A stretch of 64,000 nt of DNA. Origin: Actinomycetes bacterium. GTDB taxonomy: Bacteria; Actinomycetota; Actinomycetes; Streptosporangiales; Streptosporangiaceae. A model generated the notes under the pieces. That model saw only the letters and a list, made by a program, of their open reading frames with translations, was not told where the DNA came from and did no database searches. Of this stretch, positions 58,239 to 64,000 are shown piece after piece (the first letter of the stretch is position 1; every line of letters begins with the position of its first letter). A program made the position numbers and the translations under genes. The DNA is taken from assembly GCA_021792855.1 (NCBI GenBank), contig JAJYTW010000002.1, forward strand, positions 8,700 through 72,699, read 5' to 3'.

Positions 58239-58403
58239 TCAGCGCGTCTCGCGGTGCGGCTGGTGCTTGCGGCAGTTCGGGCAGTACTTGCTCAGCTCGA
58301 GCCGGTCCGGGTCGTTGCGCCGGTTCTTCCGCGTGATGTAGTTGCGGTGCTTGCACTCCTGACAGGCCAGGGTGATCTTGGGCCTGATGTCGGTCGCAGC
58401 CAC
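58239..58403 (-). CDS. rpmG: 50S ribosomal protein L33 (Cys4 zinc-ribbon form)
   Basis: Too short for the ORF track. Hand translation from GTG 58403 gives [54 protein letters not shown], then TGA. GGGAGAAAGG lies upstream. Confidence 0.93.
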   Translation of the reverse strand: MAATDIRPKITLACQECKHRNYITRKNRRNDPDRLELSKYCPNCRKHQPHRETR

Positions 58404-58486
58404 GGTGGAGTGCCTTTCTCCCGTAGGAACTTACTTGTGGCGGCCTGCTTGGCCTGCCTGCCGAACCGCTCCCCCTCGGAGCGGCA

Positions 58487-58544
58487 AAATACACGATGCC
58501 AAAGTACACGGTGCAGAGCACGCGGTGCCAAAGCATGGTTAGCC
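58487..58544. repeat. degenerate tandem repeat with a 14-15 nt period, 4 copies, between tRNA-Met and rpmG
   Basis: aaatacacgatgcc / aaagtacacggtgc / agagcacgcggtgcc / aaagcatggttagcc. Confidence 0.7.
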
Positions 58545-58583
58545 GGGCGCCTCGCGGCGAGACTTGCTCGCTCGGCGAGTTCG

Positions 58584-58657
58584 TAGCGGAGGCCGGACTT
58601 GAACCGGCGACACAGCGATTATGAGCCGCTTGCTCTGCCTGACTGAGCTACTCCGCC
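58584..58657 (-). tRNA. metT: tRNA-Met (anticodon CAT; elongator-type by its anticodon stem)
   Basis: Hand-folded 74-nt cloverleaf: GGCGGAG-TA-GCTC-AGTCAGGC-AGAGC-A-AGCGG-CTCATAA-TCGCT-GTGTC-GCCGG-TTCAAGT-CCGGC-CTCCGCT-A. It lies upstream of rpmG, as in other actinobacteria. It could also be tRNA-Ile2 (lysidine) by anticodon alone. Confidence 0.85.
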
Positions 58658-58743
58658 ACTGCGAATCGATGCCGCCCAGCCGGGCGGCCGGTCGATCCGC
58701 GCTGCCCGGAACGATAACCCGGGCGTGCATAGCTTACAGGGAT

Positions 58744-58775
58744 CCGGGGCCGAACGCGGACCGGTATGGCCCCGG
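58744..58775 (-). terminator. hairpin 9 nt downstream of the sdaA stop
   Basis: CCGGGGCC / GGCCCCGG 8-bp stem with a 16-nt loop. Confidence 0.35.
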
Positions 58776-58783
58776 CCGCCCGG

Positions 58784-60262
58784 TCAGCACTCGACCACGT
58801 TGAGCGCGAGACCGCCCCGGGCCGTCTCCTTGTACTTGTCCTTCATGTCAGCGCCGGTCTCGCGCATGGTCTTGATCGCCTGGTCCAGCGAGACATGGTG
58901 CGAGCCGTCGCCGCGGACCGCCATCCTGGCCGCTGTGATCGCCTTCACCGACGCGATCGCGTTCCGCTCGATGCACGGGATCTGCACCAGTCCGCCGACC
59001 GGGTCGCAGGTCAGTCCGAGGTTGTGCTCCAGGCCGATCTCGGCGGCGTTCTCGACCTGCTCCGGGGTTCCGCCGAGCACCTCAGCCAGGCCGGCCGCGG
59101 CCATCGAGCACGCGGACCCGACCTCGCCCTGGCAGCCGACCTCCGCCCCGGAGATCGACGCGTTCTCCTTGAACAGCACGCCGATCGCGGCGGCGGTGAG
59201 CAGGAAGGCGAACACGCCGTCCGGGCTGGCCCCGGGCACAAACCTGGTGTAGTAGTGCAGCACGGCCGGGATGATCCCGGCGGCGCCGTTGGTCGGCGCG
59301 GTGACCACCCGGCCGCCGGCCGCGTTCTGCTCGTTGACCGCGAGCGCGTACAGCGTGACCCACTCCATCGCGTACAACGGGTCCGCGGCGTCCCCGCTGG
59401 CCTCCAGCGTCTGCCGGAGCCTGGCGGCCCGCCGGCGCACCTTCAGGCCGCCAGGCAGCACGCCCTCGGCATCGCAGCCGGCCTGCACGCACTCGCGCAT
59501 CACCGACCAGATCCGGTCCAGGCCGGCCCGGATCTCCGCCTCGTCCCGGCGGGCGCGCTCGTTGGCCAGCATCACGCCGCTGATCGGCAGGCCGGTCGCC
59601 TGGGTGTGCGCGAGCAGTTCGTCGCCGGTGGCGAACGGGTACGGCACCACGGTCTGGTCGGCGACGATCTTCGGCGCGCCGGCCTCGTCCTCGCCGAGCA
59701 CGAACCCGCCGCCGATGGAGTAGTAGGTGTGGCTGGTCAGTTCGCCGCCGTCCGCGCCGAAGGCGGCGACGCGCATCGCGTTGGGGTGGAACGGCAGTCG
59801 CTTGCGACGGTGCAGCACGATGTCTTCGTCGATGTCGAGGTCGATCTCGGCGGACGCCCGGCGGCCGGACCGTTCGCCCAGGCGCAGTCGCCGGGTCTGC
59901 CTGACCTGCTCGACCACGGCTCCCGCCGCGGCCGGGTCGACGGTCTCCGGGTGCTCACCGAGCAGTCCGAGCAGCACGGCCTTGACGCTGCCGTGGCCGT
60001 GCCCGGTGGCCCCGAGCGAGCCGAACAACTCGGCGCGCACCCGGCGCACCTGCCCGAGCAGTCCGTCCGCGGCCAGTGCCTCGCCGAACATGGCCGCCGC
60101 CCGCATCGGCCCGACGGTGTGCGAGCTTGACGGCCCGATACCGATCTTGAACAGGTCGAACACGCTGACCGCCATCGGCCCGGGGGCGGGTTGCGGCACC
60201 GGACTCGCAGCCGAGGCTGCCGTCCTGGCCGCCACGGACCTGGCCGCCACGGGCACGCTCAC
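58784..60262 (-). CDS. sdaA: L-serine ammonia-lyase (iron-sulfur-dependent, single chain)
   Basis: [30 protein letters not shown] 60262 has a strong SD (GGGGAGAAGG, 8-nt spacer). The conserved N-terminus begins at ATG 60175, which lacks an SD, so the start is ambiguous. Confidence 0.9.
   Translation of the reverse strand: MSVPVAARSVAARTAASAASPVPQPAPGPMAVSVFDLFKIGIGPSSSHTVGPMRAAAMFGEALAADGLLGQVRRVRAELFGSLGATGHGHGSVKAVLLGLLGEHPETVDPAAAGAVVEQVRQTRRLRLGERSGRRASAEIDLDIDEDIVLHRRKRLPFHPNAMRVAAFGADGGELTSHTYYSIGGGFVLGEDEAGAPKIVADQTVVPYPFATGDELLAHTQATGLPISGVMLANERARRDEAEIRAGLDRIWSVMRECVQAGCDAEGVLPGGLKVRRRAARLRQTLEASGDAADPLYAMEWVTLYALAVNEQNAAGGRVVTAPTNGAAGIIPAVLHYYTRFVPGASPDGVFAFLLTAAAIGVLFKENASISGAEVGCQGEVGSACSMAAAGLAEVLGGTPEQVENAAEIGLEHNLGLTCDPVGGLVQIPCIERNAIASVKAITAARMAVRGDGSHHVSLDQAIKTMRETGADMKDKYKETARGGLALNVVEC
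60222..60251. repeat. 15-nt tandem duplication in the sdaA 5' extension ([10 protein letters not shown])
   Basis: gtcctggccgccacg / gacctggccgccacg. Confidence 0.85.
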
Positions 60263-60664
60263 CGATGTACCTTCTCCCCCGCCGCTGCCCTGGCAGTCAC
60301 CCGACCGAAGGTAGCGCCGGGTAGCACCAGGTCACCGCCGAAATGCCACAGGTATGCAGTTACGACCGATCCGCCGATCGTATCTCGCCAGACGGCCGAC
60401 GTCACCAGGCCGGGTAACCGACCCGGCCGCGTCGGGAGGCCGACCCGGGTCGTCCCGGGTAGCCGGCGCGGGCCGTCCGAACTGGACGCAAGCAGCGGAC
60501 CTCGTCGCCCTAAAGGTCTAGACACGGCGGCCTACGGCGGCCTGTTTGCGCGCGGAATTACCGATTGGACATTTAAAGGGTATGGACAGTTTGATTGTAC
60601 GCACTTACGCTGCCGTTCATCCGATACCGCTCCACCGGCGTCGATTCAGACGGAGGACCGGCCC

Positions 60665-62215
60665 ATGCGCGCACGCACCGAACCAACCGGAGGAGAGCGC
60701 GACAGCGCCGACCTCGCCCGATTTGGTTATCGTCAGGAACTCAAGCGATCTCTGGGTACTTTCAGCTCGTTCGCCGTCGCCTTCAGCTATATCTCCCCGT
60801 CCACCGGGATCTTTACGTTGTTCGCCCTCGGACTCACCACGATCGGCGGTGTGTTCATCTGGAGTTGGCCGATCGTCGCGGCCGGGCAGTTCATCATCGC
60901 GATGAACTTCGCCGAGGTCTCCAGCCACTATCCGATCGCCGGATCTGTGTTCCAGTGGACCAAGTACCTGGCCAGCCGGCGCTATGCCTGGTTCTCCGGC
61001 TGGATCTATCTGTTCGCCGGAATCCTGACCGTCACCGCAGTTGTCGCGACGCTGCCCCTGGCGCTGATCCCGGCACTGAACGGCCTCGGCTGGCACAGCC
61101 TCAACCTGAGCTTGCACACCGAACTCGTGGTGGCATTGATCACCCTGATCGCGATCACGGTGCTGAACATCTACGGTGTGCGCCTGGTCGCGCTGATCAA
61201 CAACACCGGCGTGTTGTTCGAGATCCTCGGCATGTTCGTGTTCGCGCTGATCCTGATGGCATTCCACAACCACCAGGGGTTCCACGTGGTGACCAACAGC
61301 GCGGGTCTGCCCGTCACCGGCGGCACCTTCATGGCGGCCATGTTCATGTCGCTGTTCGTGATCTACGGCTTCGACACCGCGTCCACCCTGGCCGAGGAGA
61401 CCAGGGATCCGCGCCGCGCGGCGCCTAAGGCGGTGCTCTATTCAATCGTCGGAGCGTTCGTGATCGGCGGCGTGTTCCTGGTAGGCACCCTGATGGCCAT
61501 CCCGAACATGCACACAGCTATCACGAACGGCTGGGGGCCGGCGCAGATCATCGAGGCCAATTTCCCGACCGCGTTCGCGACTCTCTATCTGCTCGTCGTC
61601 TCGGCCGCGATCTTCGTCTGCTGCCTGTCGATCATGGCGTCCACGATCCGGCTCTGCTTCTCGATGGCGCGGGACAACCAGCTTCCGTTCTCCGGGCCGA
61701 TGGCGAAGGTGGCACCGAAGCTGCACACCCCGGTCTGGTCGGCCATCGCGGTCGCGGTGGTCTCGGCCATCCCGTTCATCCAGTTCTCCGGCGCCGGAAC
61801 GATCGCGATCGCCGCGACCGGCATGATCTACCTCAGCTATTTCGTCGGCAACATCGCGATCCTGCGGGCCAGGCTGCGTGGCTGGCCGAAGACGCCGGCC
61901 CCGTTCCGGCTCGGCCGGTGGGGCATAGTCGTCAATGTGGTCGGCCTGATCTACGGCGGTGCGATGCTGGTGAACTTCGCCTGGCCGCGGGCGGCGAGCA
62001 ACCCGACGCCGAACCAGACCGTCGTCGGCACCGGCAAGAGCGCCGTCCAGACTCTCAACTTCCACATCGGCTTCCTCAACGGCATCCCGATCCTGTGGAC
62101 CGTGTTCGTGTTCATAGCCCTGATCGGGGCCATCTACTACCTCGCGGTCGGCCGGACCAAGGAGTTCCCGGCGGTGGTCACTCCCGAGGAAGACGACGCC
62201 CCGCTACCGGTCTGA
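60665..62215 (+). CDS. APC-superfamily amino acid permease
   Basis: ATG 60665, with GGAGGA 8 nt upstream. LARFGYRQELKRSLGTFSSFAVAFSYISPSTG, and about 12 TM helices. Confidence 0.85.
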   Translation: MRARTEPTGGERDSADLARFGYRQELKRSLGTFSSFAVAFSYISPSTGIFTLFALGLTTIGGVFIWSWPIVAAGQFIIAMNFAEVSSHYPIAGSVFQWTKYLASRRYAWFSGWIYLFAGILTVTAVVATLPLALIPALNGLGWHSLNLSLHTELVVALITLIAITVLNIYGVRLVALINNTGVLFEILGMFVFALILMAFHNHQGFHVVTNSAGLPVTGGTFMAAMFMSLFVIYGFDTASTLAEETRDPRRAAPKAVLYSIVGAFVIGGVFLVGTLMAIPNMHTAITNGWGPAQIIEANFPTAFATLYLLVVSAAIFVCCLSIMASTIRLCFSMARDNQLPFSGPMAKVAPKLHTPVWSAIAVAVVSAIPFIQFSGAGTIAIAATGMIYLSYFVGNIAILRARLRGWPKTPAPFRLGRWGIVVNVVGLIYGGAMLVNFAWPRAASNPTPNQTVVGTGKSAVQTLNFHIGFLNGIPILWTVFVFIALIGAIYYLAVGRTKEFPAVVTPEEDDAPLPV

Positions 62216-62362
62216 GACCGGCTATCGCAGCACTGGCCGGGCGGGCTAGCCTGCCAGTGGATCTGGCTGATCCACGTCGCGGAGACGATGCCCGCCGGTC
62301 GGCTCACCGAGGGCGGCACACGAGGGAGACGGCGGTGTTGCAGCGTGGCAAACCCGCATCAG

Positions 62363-63157
62363 ATGGTCGCCGACCAGCCGCCGGCTGATCGGCTGCCCGG
62401 CCGACGACCGCCAAAGCTGGTCCGGGGCACCGGGCAGACCGTGCACGCGCAGATCGAGGACTGGCTGGCCGACGCCATCGTCACCGGCCGACTAGCGCCC
62501 GGCGACCGACTGCCCACCGAGCAGGACCTGGCCTCCTGGCTCGGCGTCAGCCGGATGACCCTCCGGCACGCGCTGGCCGAACTGGCCAAGCGCGGCCTGG
62601 TCACCCGGACGGTGGGCCGGGCCGGCGGGACGTTCGTGGCCGAGCCCAAGCTGGAGCAGGACCTGACCATCCTGGCCGGGTTCTCCGAGCAACTGCGCCG
62701 CCGCGGCCTGGTAGCCGGCGCGCGGGTGCTGGCCGCCGCCGAGATCCCGGCCAGCGCGGCGGCCGCGGCGGCACTGGAGATCGGGGTCGGCGACCGGGTC
62801 TACGAGGTGCGCAGGCTGCGGCTTGCGCACGGCCAGCCGATTCTGATCGAGCATTCGCTGTTCCCGGTGCGACGCTGCCCGGGCCTGATCGAGCACCGAC
62901 TGGACGGCTCGTTGTACGACCTGCTTGAGGAGGAGTACGGACAGCGCCCGCACCGGGCCAGGGAGAGCCTGGAGCCGGTGACCGCCGGGGTCCGCGAGGC
63001 CGAGGCCCTCGGCGTGCCCGAGGGCACTCCGCTGATGCTGGTGGAGCGGACTGCCTACGCCAGGTCCGGTGTTCCGCTGGAGTTCGCGCGGGACCTGTTC
63101 CGCGGCGACCGCACCAAGGTCGTGGTCTGGACGTCGGAGTTCGCCGGCCAGATCTGA
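62363..63157 (+). CDS. GntR-family transcriptional regulator (HutC subfamily: winged HTH plus UTRA domain)
   Basis: LPTEQDLASWLGVSRMTLRHALAELAKRGLVTRTVGRAGGTFV, followed by an UTRA-like C-terminal domain. The start is uncertain (62363, or 62288 as in the track). Confidence 0.85.
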   Translation: MVADQPPADRLPGRRPPKLVRGTGQTVHAQIEDWLADAIVTGRLAPGDRLPTEQDLASWLGVSRMTLRHALAELAKRGLVTRTVGRAGGTFVAEPKLEQDLTILAGFSEQLRRRGLVAGARVLAAAEIPASAAAAAALEIGVGDRVYEVRRLRLAHGQPILIEHSLFPVRRCPGLIEHRLDGSLYDLLEEEYGQRPHRARESLEPVTAGVREAEALGVPEGTPLMLVERTAYARSGVPLEFARDLFRGDRTKVVVWTSEFAGQI

Positions 63158-63201
63158 CGACGGCACATCACCGTGCCCAGCCCGGCCGGCCACCACCCCA
63201 T

Positions 63202-63246
63202 ACGGCGAAGAGTTGGCGGCACCGGCGACGCCATTGTCTTCGCCGT
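63202..63246. terminator. bidirectional hairpin between the convergent gntR-like and membrane-protein genes
   Basis: ACGGCGAAGA (63202-63211) pairs with TCTTCGCCGT (63237-63246), and an inner TGGCG/CGCCA stem is also present. Confidence 0.45.
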
Positions 63247-63253
63247 AACACGG

Positions 63254-63982
63254 TCACGTGCTGGGCAGGAACCGGGCCAGGCCCTCGCCCTTGACGAACC
63301 AGGACAGCCCGAACGCGATGATCGCGGTGGACTCGAAGATGTACACGAACGGCGCGGCGTTCTGGATTGAGTGCGGCAGCAGCAGCGACAGCACGGCCAG
63401 CGCGAGGCTCACCACGATCGAGATGCCGCAGATTCGGTAGATCCGGTTCCTGGTGCGCTTGCCCGGCGTGAGCGCGGTCCCGGTCGGCGTGCCGGTCAGG
63501 CCGAGCACGTCGAGGATCCGCCACAGCAGGCCGTGACCGCCTGGAGCGGGCTCCGGGTAGGTCTTGGTGAACCGGAACGACATCACGGCCAGCGCGGTGA
63601 AGGTCAGCGCGGCGAACGTGATGTGCAGGTATCCCACCACCTGCTGGCCGGTACTCAGGACCGCGGCGTAGGGCGGCGTCGTCGGACTGAACGCGGTTCC
63701 GATCGCGCCGAGGCCGGCCAGGCCGGTGATCCGCTCGTCCCAGTCGTCGTAGCCCTCGTAGCTGAGCAGGAACACCCCGATCGCGCAGAGCGAGCCCACG
63801 AAGATGTTCCGCATGTGGGTGTAGTAGTAGTCGCTCACCGACCCGGGAATGACCCGGGAGAAAAAGATCACCTGACCCACGATCAGCACGATCGGCAGCA
63901 GCACCCCGATCCAGCCGATCGCCTTTCGCAACGTCAGGTAGGAAATGATCAGCTCATTGGCCGACGGACTCCGCGTGCGCAT
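63254..63982 (-). CDS. integral membrane protein of unknown function (about 6 TM helices)
   Basis: 242-aa ORF with clear hydrophobic periodicity and visibly lower GC than its neighbours. It carries the motif GSVSDYYYTHMRNIFVG. I cannot assign a family with confidence. Confidence 0.6.
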   Translation of the reverse strand: MRTRSPSANELIISYLTLRKAIGWIGVLLPIVLIVGQVIFFSRVIPGSVSDYYYTHMRNIFVGSLCAIGVFLLSYEGYDDWDERITGLAGLGAIGTAFSPTTPPYAAVLSTGQQVVGYLHITFAALTFTALAVMSFRFTKTYPEPAPGGHGLLWRILDVLGLTGTPTGTALTPGKRTRNRIYRICGISIVVSLALAVLSLLLPHSIQNAAPFVYIFESTAIIAFGLSWFVKGEGLARFLPST

Positions 63983-64000
63983 TCCGGCAGTGTGGCACGC

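Noticed and set aside
60263-60420. Glycine riboswitch in the sdaA / permease spacer.
   Set aside because: Only isolated fragments resembling GGAGAG and ACCGAAGG are present, on different strands. The CTCAGGCA...GGAC 3' core and the required P1/P3 architecture could not be assembled. The region is kept only as an unresolved structured region in the findings.

Overview
High-GC (about 70%) Actinomycetota chromosome segment carrying almost the entire core transcription/translation supercluster. Nearly all of it is on the minus strand. In minus-strand transcription order the window holds: tRNA-Met, rpmG and a HadA/HadB-like MaoC pair; murB; tRNA-Trp, secE, nusG, rplK and rplA; rplJ, rplL, rpoB and rpoC; rpsL, rpsG, fusA and tuf; the S10, spc and alpha operons (rpsJ through rplQ, including secY, adk, map, infA and rpmJ); truA; rplM, rpsI, glmM and glmS; nnr; and alr, an alpha/beta hydrolase, tsaE and tsaB. 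A few plus-strand or accessory genes are interspersed: an aminotransferase, adenosine deaminase, a DUF4232-like lipoprotein, two orphan membrane-anchored proteins, a DUF1707 protein, an AT3-SGNH acyltransferase with a standalone SGNH paralogue, a RibD-C-like reductase, and an sdaA / APC permease / GntR group. I called 70 CDS and 2 tRNAs, plus several strong hairpins, three sigma-A-like promoters and a set of short tandem repeats. Three genes are missing from the ORF track and were recovered by hand: rpmJ, rpmG and the partial tsaB. Many track ORFs are 5'-over-extended, so I re-set their starts using SD motifs and conserved N-termini. I see no mobile elements, CRISPR arrays, rRNA, prophage or defence-type genes, and no convincing undescribed multi-gene system. 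This looks like an ordinary, strongly syntenic housekeeping region. The observations most worth a second look are small in scale: (1) an unusual density of perfect 15-18 nt tandem duplications at gene termini and operon spacers; (2) degenerate periodic repeat arrays in the infA and rpmG leaders; (3) orphan membrane proteins inserted into conserved operons; (4) the AT3-SGNH / SGNH paralogue pair; (5) low-complexity extensions on ribosomal proteins; and (6) a high TAG stop-codon share. All functional calls rest on my reading of the translated sequences and recalled family motifs. No database search was run.
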